DNA of 64,000 nt from a virus, in the IMG/VR virus record IMGVR_UViG_3300038620_000126, positions 32,001 through 96,000 of that record; one strand, given 5' to 3'. The position numbers and the translations under genes are program-made. The notes under the pieces were generated by a model. The model was not told the origin of the DNA. It did no database searches and saw only the letters and a program-made list of their open reading frames with translations. Below are positions 1-8,631 of the stretch, one piece after another. The stretch's first letter is position 1. Every line of letters starts with the position of its first letter.

Positions 1-282
1 GATTATGAAGTTCAAAAAGTAACAAAAATTAAATCACCATCTCAACTTAAAAACTTTAATCTTCAAGGTTTCGGTGGAACGGATATGAATCCTGCACTTC
101 GAAATATTGAAAGCGACAAACAATTAAAGGGCAATCCTACTGTTGTAATAACAGACGGTATGTGTCCTATGATTGACTTTAATGGGATTAAAAATGGTTT
201 ACTTATTTATACGGAGTGTGAACCGGAAGTAACAAATGATGTTGGTATAAGCAAAACTTACGTTGACCCCGAAAATGTTTAA
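1..282 (+). CDS. VWA-domain protein, C-terminal part (5' truncated by window edge)
   Basis: Frame is open from position 1; GFGGTDM and VVITDG motifs typical of phage VWA/metallopeptidase-associated proteins. Confidence 0.7.
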   Translation, partial: DYEVQKVTKIKSPSQLKNFNLQGFGGTDMNPALRNIESDKQLKGNPTVVITDGMCPMIDFNGIKNGLLIYTECEPEVTNDVGISKTYVDPENV

Positions 283-305
283 CAATCAGATACAATTCCG
301 ACATT

Positions 306-384
306 AAATCCTGAAGCCTTTCAAATTTGTTAAAAAGTTGTAGTAAGAACAACTAAAGTTAAGGTTTGAAAGATTTCAGGATTT
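306..384. other. Long imperfect hairpin (about 80 nt), intergenic
   Basis: aaatcctgaa/ttcaggattt, ctttcaaa/tttgaaag and agttgt/acaact pair around loop agtaaga. Confidence 0.7.
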
Positions 385-441
385 TTACTATTTTATTACA
401 TAACTATTTAACATAGAAAAATAAATACATAAAAAAACACT

Positions 442-1107
442 ATGGCTTCTGTCCACAATCAAATACTAGTAAGTATGGTTTCACATTTTACTGGTATAAA
501 AAATTTGAATGTTTCATGGGATAATGAACTACAAAAGTACAATTGGAGATCACTTGATTCAAACCCCCAAACAAATGTAAACGGTGTAATAGAAAAATCA
601 ACAAAAGGAGGATGGATTATATATTCTAACTATGAAAAAACATCAAATATTGAATACTTTATTGAAGAGAACCTTATGAATGCAGCAACAAAAGTAATAG
701 AAATAAGTAGATTAGAATCAAAGTATGAATTTGAGTTAATTTCTAAAGAGGATTTTAAAAACCAACTTATACAAACAATAGCAGAATTTCGTGTTATTGA
801 AACTTCTATAGTTTCTAATACGTTAAAGCTTTTGTCATATGACTTTTATAAAGAATTATCAATGCATTTTTATGATTTGGTTACAAACCTGTTATATGAT
901 AAAGGTGAATTTATTGAAATAGAAGACTTTTCAGATATTGAAGAAGATTCTAATTCGACAGAAGTTTATACATTAGAAGAACTTGCCGATAACTTTAGTG
1001 ACTATGCTTCACACGAACACGAAATACCATATGGCCATAGTTTTATATTGGAAAATACAGAAAACGTAATAACAGAAACAGGAACTTATTTTATTAATTT
1101 AAACTAA
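442..1107 (+). CDS. Hypothetical protein (acidic C-terminus)
   Basis: 221-aa ORF; ATAAATA at 421-427 upstream. Confidence 0.75.
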   Translation: MASVHNQILVSMVSHFTGIKNLNVSWDNELQKYNWRSLDSNPQTNVNGVIEKSTKGGWIIYSNYEKTSNIEYFIEENLMNAATKVIEISRLESKYEFELISKEDFKNQLIQTIAEFRVIETSIVSNTLKLLSYDFYKELSMHFYDLVTNLLYDKGEFIEIEDFSDIEEDSNSTEVYTLEELADNFSDYASHEHEIPYGHSFILENTENVITETGTYFINLN

Positions 1108-1121
1108 AAAAAGTATATAAT

Positions 1122-1712
1122 TTGAGTATATTAGGATTAAGAGAAAATTCATTTAAGATAAGGCTTCCAAAAGATTTCTTTTTTGAAGAAGTTGAAAATT
1201 TTTGGAAACCAAATATTAAAAATATTGGAATTGATTTTGATAGCTTAACTGAGTTTATGAACTCTCAAATTCAGTCCATTACGGTTCCTGAATTTAATAT
1301 GACAAACTTACCCGAACAAATTCGAGAAGGTGGAAGAACTTACAAGCATGCCAGTTCAACACCTCCAATGAACTTTTTTGAAAAAAGTATTAATCTTTCA
1401 ATAAAGTCTACTGAAGGGCTACTTACCTATTGGGTAATGTTTGATCAGTTAACGCAATACCTTTCACACGTTGAAAACACTCCTTATTTGCCACCCCTAA
1501 CAGTAGATATTCTTGATAATAAAGGTTATGCTTATTATACAATGATATTTGAGCAAATAATATTTCAGGGGCTATCTACTATAGAACTTTCAAAAGATTC
1601 AAATTCACCCACATTTAAATCTTTTACATCCACTTTAAGTTACAACAAAATTAAAATCAATTTTAGAAACGGAACTCAAAGTTCTAATTACAAAGATATT
1701 TTTAAAAACTAA
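1122..1712 (+). CDS. Tail-tube-like / baseplate-tube structural protein
   Basis: IQSITVPEF...LTVDILDNKG...FQGLSTIELS...FTSTLSYN pattern of gp19/gp54-like tube fold; TTG start. Confidence 0.55.
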   Translation: MSILGLRENSFKIRLPKDFFFEEVENFWKPNIKNIGIDFDSLTEFMNSQIQSITVPEFNMTNLPEQIREGGRTYKHASSTPPMNFFEKSINLSIKSTEGLLTYWVMFDQLTQYLSHVENTPYLPPLTVDILDNKGYAYYTMIFEQIIFQGLSTIELSKDSNSPTFKSFTSTLSYNKIKINFRNGTQSSNYKDIFKN

Positions 1713-1723
1713 TTATTTGTTTT

Positions 1724-2158
1724 ATGCAAGAAGAAACACAAAAAATTGAAAATTTAGTTTATAAAACCTATAATGAATTTAGTGAAAATGATATAACTGG
1801 GTTTAGGCACTTTGTTATAAACAAACTTGATGAATTAAAAGAAACTTTTTCACATGCTGGTGAAAACTTTTTAAATTTGATACTTGAAAAGGCGGAGGAG
1901 TTTGAAGAGTATGAAGTTTGTGAAGCCATTATAAGAGTTAAACAGGAAATAAAAAATTACTACGGATTTAATAGTGGTGAACAAAGTGTTAGTAATGAAC
2001 TTCTTGAAAGTTATAAAAAAATTATAAATTCAAGTAGTAAAATTGAAAACGATGAAAAGCCAGCAATTGTTCAATTATATGTAACAATTTCTATTATGAT
2101 CATAGTTTATAAAACTGGAATTGATGTAATTTTCACATACTTCAAAAACTTTGAATAA
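1724..2158 (+). CDS. Hypothetical protein (UVR-like helix pair AEEFEEYEVCEAI)
   Basis: 144-aa ORF in operon. Confidence 0.65.
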   Translation: MQEETQKIENLVYKTYNEFSENDITGFRHFVINKLDELKETFSHAGENFLNLILEKAEEFEEYEVCEAIIRVKQEIKNYYGFNSGEQSVSNELLESYKKIINSSSKIENDEKPAIVQLYVTISIMIIVYKTGIDVIFTYFKNFE

Positions 2159-2161
2159 ATA
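2154..2161 (+). promoter_or_regulatory. T4-type late promoter (AATAAATA), representative of more than 20 copies in window
   Basis: TAAATA 10-25 nt upstream of portal and most structural/cargo genes; resembles T4 late TATAAATA. Confidence 0.7.
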
Positions 2162-2178
2162 AAAAAAAACACAAAAAA

Positions 2179-3858
2179 TTGGCAGGATTTTTAGATAATA
2201 TAACATCTGGAATTGTAAAGCCTATATCTGATGCGTTTAAGCGCCTTAGTTCTGCTGGGCTTCAATATAAAGATCAAGTAATACAAAATTCTATTACGCT
2301 TGAACAAGAACCTGGAAGTGCAGGAAATAGAACGAATCGTTTTAACTTTGGAGACAACCAAAATGATATTGATCCATCATATGCAGAATTTCTAAACAAT
2401 GCCGCACTAGCAGATTATAACTTTAAAAAGTATGTTCCCTTTTTTGATAATGACTATGCATCAAAACGAAGTGAACTTCAAAGATTTTCAATGAATGGTG
2501 AAATTGATTTTATTCTTTCTACATTATCAAATGATTCAATCGTATTTGACACAGAAAACAAATTTTGTTATGTTGATACTTCAAAATTAGAAGACTATTC
2601 AGAAGAGGTTCGAGAAAGTGCCAGAAACAGGTTTGAAGAAATTTATACTTTGTTTTTTGGTTATTCAGATATGCCTTATAGATATTATCGTCAATGGTTA
2701 ATAGAGGGTGTTATTGCTTTTGAAATTGTTTATGACGATATAGCAACCCCCAGTCAAATTATCGGTTTTCATGAGGTTGACCCCGTTACATTAAAACCCG
2801 AAATCCGACAAGAAAATGATGGTAGTTTTTATAAGGTTTGGGTACATGATCAAAATAGTTCAAATTATGGAAACGCACGTAGTACAGCAAATCAAAAAGA
2901 ACTTTATGACAGTCAAATAATTTTTATTTCTTTTGGAACACCGAACCAAACAACTCGTGTTTCATATGCAGAAACCCTTGTACGTTCTTATAATCTTCTT
3001 AGAATTATGGAACACAGTCGGGTTATTTGGAACTTGATGAATTCAAGTTTTCGATTAAAAGCTGTTGTTCCAACGGGTTCCGTTTCTGGTCATAAGATGC
3101 GTCAAAAAGTTTCCGAATTTAAAAATGAATGGAAAGAAGATATTCACATAGATGATGATTCAGGTGAAATATCTGTTAATGGACAGCCCAACTTTCCATT
3201 CCATAAAACATTTGTAATACCCTCAGCAGGTGGTGAACAAGTTGAAATTGACTCTATGAATTTTGAAGGGCCTGATCTTTCAAATATGGAAGCGGTTAAA
3301 TGGTTTCGTGATAATCTTAGACGTGATTCAAAAATTCCCTTTGAACGTTTTGAACGTGAACAAGGTGGCGGAGAATATACAATGAACGTCGAAGGCATTG
3401 CACGGGAAGAAATGAGATATAACCGTTTTATAAACCAACTTAGAAGTACATTTGAAGAAATTATACGTAAACCTTTGTATCATCAAATGTTGCTGGATTA
3501 CCCTCAACTTCAAGATGATATGACTTTCCAAAGTAAGTTGGGCATTAAATACAACAGAAATAATCTTTTTGAAGAAATGAAAAAAGCTGAACTGGTTAAG
3601 AGGGAAGTTGAAACTATATCAACAGTTCAAAATAATTTAATGGAAGAAGGTGGTGAGCAACCTTATATTCCAACAGAATGGGCAATAAACAAATTCTTAA
3701 ATCAGTTTACAGAAGAAGAAATGGAAGACCTCAAAGAAGCCAGAAAAAATCGTGAAATACGAAAGAAAAAAGAAGAACAAGGTGAAGGCGAAGGAGAAGC
3801 TGGAGCCGGAGCTGAAGATATGGGGGGTGATGAAGGAGGCTTAGATATTGGACTTTAA
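2179..3858 (+). CDS. gp20: Portal vertex protein (T4 gp20-like)
   Basis: YRQWLIEG, YNLLRIME, VKWFRDNLRRDSKIPFERF, IAREEMRYNRFINQLRSTF motifs; acidic Gly-rich tail. Confidence 0.92.
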   Translation: MAGFLDNITSGIVKPISDAFKRLSSAGLQYKDQVIQNSITLEQEPGSAGNRTNRFNFGDNQNDIDPSYAEFLNNAALADYNFKKYVPFFDNDYASKRSELQRFSMNGEIDFILSTLSNDSIVFDTENKFCYVDTSKLEDYSEEVRESARNRFEEIYTLFFGYSDMPYRYYRQWLIEGVIAFEIVYDDIATPSQIIGFHEVDPVTLKPEIRQENDGSFYKVWVHDQNSSNYGNARSTANQKELYDSQIIFISFGTPNQTTRVSYAETLVRSYNLLRIMEHSRVIWNLMNSSFRLKAVVPTGSVSGHKMRQKVSEFKNEWKEDIHIDDDSGEISVNGQPNFPFHKTFVIPSAGGEQVEIDSMNFEGPDLSNMEAVKWFRDNLRRDSKIPFERFEREQGGGEYTMNVEGIAREEMRYNRFINQLRSTFEEIIRKPLYHQMLLDYPQLQDDMTFQSKLGIKYNRNNLFEEMKKAELVKREVETISTVQNNLMEEGGEQPYIPTEWAINKFLNQFTEEEMEDLKEARKNREIRKKKEEQGEGEGEAGAGAEDMGGDEGGLDIGL

Positions 3859-3886
3859 TTTTTTTGGAACTTAAATTTATATAAAA

Positions 3887-4276
3887 ATGAGTTTTTATCA
3901 GGAAAAAACCAAAACTGTAGAAAATCTTGATAGTTCTACTTGGGATAAATTAGTAGAAGATGTTGCAAACAAAGTAATGGAAAAAATTGAAATTGTAAAC
4001 GAAAATCAGGATGAGCAAAGTGAAGAAGCATCTAATTCTGATAACAAACGTAAGTATCCACTTAACTTTCTTAACAAAAAACTTAAACTAACTTATAAAG
4101 ATAGGCATGATCCAAACCTACTATTAGTTATATTTTTAATAGAAGTATTAGAACGTGAGTTTGGAAAGGGACATGATTACTTGTCTCGTCTTAGAGACAA
4201 CTATAAATTTGAATTTGATGATGAAACGCTTTATTCAAGACTGGAGCAAGTATTAACAAACCAATCAAAAAAGTAA
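3887..4276 (+). CDS. Hypothetical protein
   Basis: 129-aa ORF after portal. Confidence 0.7.
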   Translation: MSFYQEKTKTVENLDSSTWDKLVEDVANKVMEKIEIVNENQDEQSEEASNSDNKRKYPLNFLNKKLKLTYKDRHDPNLLLVIFLIEVLEREFGKGHDYLSRLRDNYKFEFDDETLYSRLEQVLTNQSKK

Positions 4277-4282
4277 AAAACT

Positions 4283-4612
4283 ATGTCAACTGAAAATCAA
4301 GAAGAACAAAATCAAAATAGTTTAGAAAATCTTACTGATTTAATATCGGAAAACGAGTATAATGAAATCATGGATTTAATAAATCGCTATCAACAAAATT
4401 ATCAAGATGCCACTAAGCTTAATAATGATGCTAATGAAATTCAGCAAAGGTATCAAAAGCTTCAAGACAAAATACTTAGGGACAAGAGGGATGAAGAAGA
4501 GCTTTTAAGCAGATTAAAAAGTAAGTATGGAGATTTTAATATCAATATAGAAGATTTCGCACAAAATAGTGAAAATGAAAATTTAGAAAGCTATGAACAA
4601 AATGATGGTTAA
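4283..4612 (+). CDS. Acidic coiled-coil protein
   Basis: 109-aa ORF with heptad-like segment. Confidence 0.7.
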   Translation: MSTENQEEQNQNSLENLTDLISENEYNEIMDLINRYQQNYQDATKLNNDANEIQQRYQKLQDKILRDKRDEEELLSRLKSKYGDFNINIEDFAQNSENENLESYEQNDG

Positions 4613-4645
4613 TCATTTAATTGAAATAAATATATAAAAACTAAA

Positions 4646-5368
4646 ATGGCTCAAATTATACCATCTACAACTGGAGATATAGTTCTTAATCAAATTAATA
4701 ATAAGTTAATTCTATTTGATAGGAATTTAAGTACATATGCTCCCTATATTAATGAAGAAATTATAGATACATCAACTGGTGATGTATTATATACTATAGA
4801 TCAATCAACTCCCCCAATTGCAGGAAAACTTCAAAATTTATCATTAGTTCCTGGTTTTGATAATCTAGGCAATCCTACAAGATTTGATACTATAAAAGGC
4901 GAATTTGTATTTGATGCCGATAACGGAACAATTTACAACTTATATGGTCTCCCAATAAATTATTTGTACTTTATATCCGATAATTTTGTTGCACATCCTG
5001 AAACAATTTTTAATGCTGGCTATAATCAAATAAAGTTAAACAGCAGTGAACCAAATACACAAACAAAAAGTTTTAAGCAGTACATTGTAACTGAAAACAG
5101 TTCAACTGCAACAACTACTGTTAATAAACTCTATAATCCCAACAACCAAGAAGTTACAAATTCAGGAATTGTAACTGTTAGCTCAGGTGGTTCTGTTTCA
5201 ATTTCTAGTTTTCGAACAGAAATAACAGTTGAATTAGATTTTGATAGAACCCAACTTGATGATTTAATTGAAGGTGGTTGGACGGCTGAAATAAAAATAG
5301 AGTTTAACGGTGATTTTATACTTTATAATATTCCATTTTCCAGTAAACGGCAGATTAGCCAACCATAA
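4646..5368 (+). CDS. Putative virion structural protein
   Basis: Late promoter upstream; T/N/S-rich beta-type composition. Confidence 0.6.
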   Translation: MAQIIPSTTGDIVLNQINNKLILFDRNLSTYAPYINEEIIDTSTGDVLYTIDQSTPPIAGKLQNLSLVPGFDNLGNPTRFDTIKGEFVFDADNGTIYNLYGLPINYLYFISDNFVAHPETIFNAGYNQIKLNSSEPNTQTKSFKQYIVTENSSTATTTVNKLYNPNNQEVTNSGIVTVSSGGSVSISSFRTEITVELDFDRTQLDDLIEGGWTAEIKIEFNGDFILYNIPFSSKRQISQP

Positions 5369-7065
5369 TGAAAATCAAAAAGATTCAATTTAAGAATATA
5401 GCGTCTTACGGAGAGCGTCTTCAAACAGTAACATTTCCAGAATCTTCTAATGGATTTTATCTTATAACCGGAGAAAATGGTTCGGGAAAATCCACAATAG
5501 GAAATGTTATTGTTTTAAGCATGTATGGAAGAATAGGGAAAACTGGCATTAAGAAGGACGACATATCAAATCGAATTAATCAAAATGGATATACTTATAT
5601 CGAGTTTGAAACTCAAAGTAATGAAGTAGCAATTGAAAGATTTTTTAATCCACATAAAGAGGCCAATATTTATGTAGACGGCGTTAACATTAAAGATAAT
5701 TTGCCTTCAAGCAAAAAAGAAAGAGAAAAATACATTGAAAATGAACTACTTAATTTCCCTTTTTATCTTTTTAACAGCTTAATAACACTTTCTGTTAATG
5801 ATTTTAAGTCATTTGTAAAAATGTCAAAAAGTGATAAAAAAATGATTTTTGATAAAATATTTGGATTTGGAATCATTAACGAAATGCAGGAACTGGTTAA
5901 CACTAAATTAAAAGATGAAAGGTCTCGCTTAGATCAGTTAAACAGCGAAATAAAAACAACAGAACATAATATTGAAAAAACACAAGAAAAACTTAATCGG
6001 TTTTTTGAAAAGGTTAGTGAATCTAATGCACAAAAAATAGAGGAACTTAAAAGCAAAGCCAAAGAGTTAAAAGATCAAAAAGAAAATTACATTTCCAAAG
6101 TAAATCAATTAGAAAAAGAAGTTGAAAATAAAGATTACGAAATATCAGATATAAAAGAGAAAATATCAGCCCTAAAAAATAGAATTGATAATAACAACAA
6201 ACAGTTAAAACTTCTTAATAATGATAGATGTCCAGAATGTGAAAGTGATCTTAACACCAATTATCATATAAGCAAAAAAGAGGAATTAAACCTAAGTCTT
6301 GAAAATGATAAAAAAAGACTAGAAACTTTAGAAACGAATCTACAAGAAATTAAAGATACCAAAAAAGAAATAAAAAGCCGTTATTCTGAATCGCTAAACT
6401 ATCTTAATGAGTTAAAGTCTCAAGTAAAAAGTTATATTGATAAAATTAAAGAATTAAAAAGCAGTTCTGAAAACGATGAAAACACGCAAAACTTAAAGGA
6501 TATTATTTCATCCTTAGAACAGGAAAATAAAGAAAAAAGAAACAAACACAAAAATATTAATTACAGACTAAACTACTTAAAGCTATTAAATGATGTTTTA
6601 AGTGATGGTGGAGTAAAGACCGAAATGATTAAAAGTATTTTGCCACATTTAAACAACGAACTTAAAATAAACACATCTCTTTTAGAGTTGCCCTATGATA
6701 TAATCTTTAATTATCAGTTTGAAACAGATGTTTATCAAATGGGATACGCAATAGATGTAAATACACTCTCAACTGGAGAAATGAAAAAGTTAGATTTTGT
6801 GTGTTTACTTTCTGTTATAAAAATTCTTAAATATAAATATCCTAAAATTAACACATTGTTTCTTGATGAAATATTTTCAAGTTTAGATAGCGAATCAATA
6901 AAGTCTGTCTTGCATATACTTTACACAATAACAAATGAATTTGATATTAACATAATGGTTATTAGTCATTATAGCTTACCCGATGACCTATTCACAGAAA
7001 CTTTAGAAGTTTCTAAAGACAAGGGGTTTAGCGAAATAAACTTCAAAAGCAAAAAAAAGAATTAA
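5368..7065 (+). CDS. gp46: Recombination ATPase, gp46/SbcC/Rad50 family
   Basis: Walker A GENGSGKS, coiled coils with CPEC zinc hook, LSTGE signature, Walker B FLDE, ISH. Confidence 0.93.
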   Translation: MKIKKIQFKNIASYGERLQTVTFPESSNGFYLITGENGSGKSTIGNVIVLSMYGRIGKTGIKKDDISNRINQNGYTYIEFETQSNEVAIERFFNPHKEANIYVDGVNIKDNLPSSKKEREKYIENELLNFPFYLFNSLITLSVNDFKSFVKMSKSDKKMIFDKIFGFGIINEMQELVNTKLKDERSRLDQLNSEIKTTEHNIEKTQEKLNRFFEKVSESNAQKIEELKSKAKELKDQKENYISKVNQLEKEVENKDYEISDIKEKISALKNRIDNNNKQLKLLNNDRCPECESDLNTNYHISKKEELNLSLENDKKRLETLETNLQEIKDTKKEIKSRYSESLNYLNELKSQVKSYIDKIKELKSSSENDENTQNLKDIISSLEQENKEKRNKHKNINYRLNYLKLLNDVLSDGGVKTEMIKSILPHLNNELKINTSLLELPYDIIFNYQFETDVYQMGYAIDVNTLSTGEMKKLDFVCLLSVIKILKYKYPKINTLFLDEIFSSLDSESIKSVLHILYTITNEFDINIMVISHYSLPDDLFTETLEVSKDKGFSEINFKSKKKN

Positions 7066-7116
7066 ACTAATTTAAAAATATCATAAACGTTATAAGATAG
7101 TGATTTCTTTTCACTG

Positions 7117-7145
7117 CCATCAAAAAATTAAAAATTTTTTGATGG
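7117..7145. terminator. Perfect 13-bp inverted repeat after gp46 and just upstream of an early promoter
   Basis: ccatcaaaaaatt-aaa-aattttttgatgg. Confidence 0.55.
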
Positions 7146-7151
7146 TAACTC

Positions 7152-7180
7152 TTGACAAGAGTTCTCCTTTTGCCTATATT
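7152..7180 (+). promoter_or_regulatory. Host-RNAP early promoter
   Basis: TTGACA-17 nt-TATATT. Confidence 0.75.
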
Positions 7181-7247
7181 GCGGCTAGAAAGTTGATAAC
7201 AAAAGAAAAGACTAACTTTAATTAAACCATTAAAAACTTTTTCTACT

Positions 7248-7502
7248 ATGTATTATCTGGGAGTTTACCAGCAAGATGAAGAAAGGAATGTTTTTTACTT
7301 CACCAGCAACCAGCGCGACCGAGATCAGGCGGTTGCTGCGGCTAAATCAGAAGGCTATAGTACGGCTTTTCCAACTACTAGAGAAGAGGTTATCACCCAA
7401 CAGGGTGGAGATCAAGTTTATCATTGTTCTTTCGTTACTCCCTCCGAAAATCGGCAAAACTCCTTCGCTTTTTGGACGGCCGGTTTTGCACGTGTCCTTT
7501 AA
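7248..7502 (+). CDS. Small early hypothetical protein
   Basis: ATG after early promoter; GC-richer than flanks. Confidence 0.65.
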   Translation: MYYLGVYQQDEERNVFYFTSNQRDRDQAVAAAKSEGYSTAFPTTREEVITQQGGDQVYHCSFVTPSENRQNSFAFWTAGFARVL

Positions 7503-7593
7503 AAACGTTTTTCTAGGGGGTCAAAAATTGCAAATTTTTGGCATAACCTGTCTTAGCAGTAAGCAATAAAACATTTACTCAACTTAAACTTTT

Positions 7594-8094
7594 ATGATTA
7601 TGAATCCTTTGGAAAAATTAGAACAAGCACAACAAAATTTAAGTGCCGCTCAAGAAGAAGTAGTAGAATCGTTTTTAGATTATGCCTTAGCGGAAGGGCG
7701 AGAATTTTCCAGCAAACATTATATGGACGAAATTGAACCCCACGACTGGATATTTTACGCTATCACCCGTAGGCAGGTGGTGCAAACCTTAATTGAGCAT
7801 TACGACTTGCTGGCACCCCAGATTAAAAACTTACTGGCTAAGCGTGTGCCTCGATCAGATATGCATACAAAAAAGATGTTTGAACTTTTCCAGCGAAGTG
7901 ATCTGAATGATGGTTATCAACAAGGTATTGAGGCATCCGAATTGCACGATATGCTGGAATATAACCGAATGGCCAGCAAAGTAGATAGCCCTGCATGGGC
8001 CATTGATTTGCTCCGAGCCCGATTGGGTTATTTGCTTATTTTGCAGGAAAGAGAAGATGAAAAACTAGCAAGCAGTTTTATTTTTAGTAAGTAA
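7594..8094 (+). CDS. Early hypothetical protein
   Basis: 166-aa ORF followed by terminator. Confidence 0.75.
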   Translation: MIMNPLEKLEQAQQNLSAAQEEVVESFLDYALAEGREFSSKHYMDEIEPHDWIFYAITRRQVVQTLIEHYDLLAPQIKNLLAKRVPRSDMHTKKMFELFQRSDLNDGYQQGIEASELHDMLEYNRMASKVDSPAWAIDLLRARLGYLLILQEREDEKLASSFIFSK

Positions 8095-8119
8095 AGTGAT
8101 AAATGCTAGTTAAGCATTT

Positions 8120-8150
8120 AATCGGGGGCAAAACGTCTCCGATTTTTTTT
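8120..8150 (+). terminator. Intrinsic terminator
   Basis: aatcgggggc-aaaac-gtctccgatt followed by T run. Confidence 0.75.
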
Positions 8151-8199
8151 AACACTTCTATTGTAAAAATTTCAAATTATTATAACTTTGTAACTCCCT

Positions 8200-8631
8200 A
8201 TGACAACAAAAGTAACAATTATAGCAAAAGAAGAAGATGATGGTACAATTAAAGGTTTTACTTGCCTTGGTAATGAACCTATTAATACAAGGGGTTTAGT
8301 TCTTTGTGATTATTATTCTGATGAGAACAAATTAAATGACTTAATTAAACTTGGAACTTCGCAACACTTAAAAGAAGAAAGAAAAAATTGCAATCTAACT
8401 AAAAGTTCTCAGGGTATAGCTTATTATTGGAATAACAAATTAGAACTACTTTCCGAAGCTAGAGAATCTTTTATATTTGATTATGTATACTTGTATGATA
8501 GTAGAAAAAGATGGCTAGTTTATAATAAAAAAAGAAAAAAACTTTTATCTTTAAATAGAGTTCTAAATTTTATATACCCCAAAAGAGTTATGTTCAAACA
8601 ACTAAAAGCCTCGATTGAATCACGTCGTTAA
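8200..8631 (+). CDS. Hypothetical phage protein
   Basis: G-x-L-x-x-YY..LIKLG...DYVYLY..W pattern common in small phage proteins; TAACTTTG box upstream. Confidence 0.7.
   Translation: MTTKVTIIAKEEDDGTIKGFTCLGNEPINTRGLVLCDYYSDENKLNDLIKLGTSQHLKEERKNCNLTKSSQGIAYYWNNKLELLSEARESFIFDYVYLYDSRKRWLVYNKKRKKLLSLNRVLNFIYPKRVMFKQLKASIESRR

Noticed and set aside
7276-7569. Alternative-frame ORF overlapping 7248-7502
   Set aside because: 7248 has the better leader context and composition; the overlap is probably spurious
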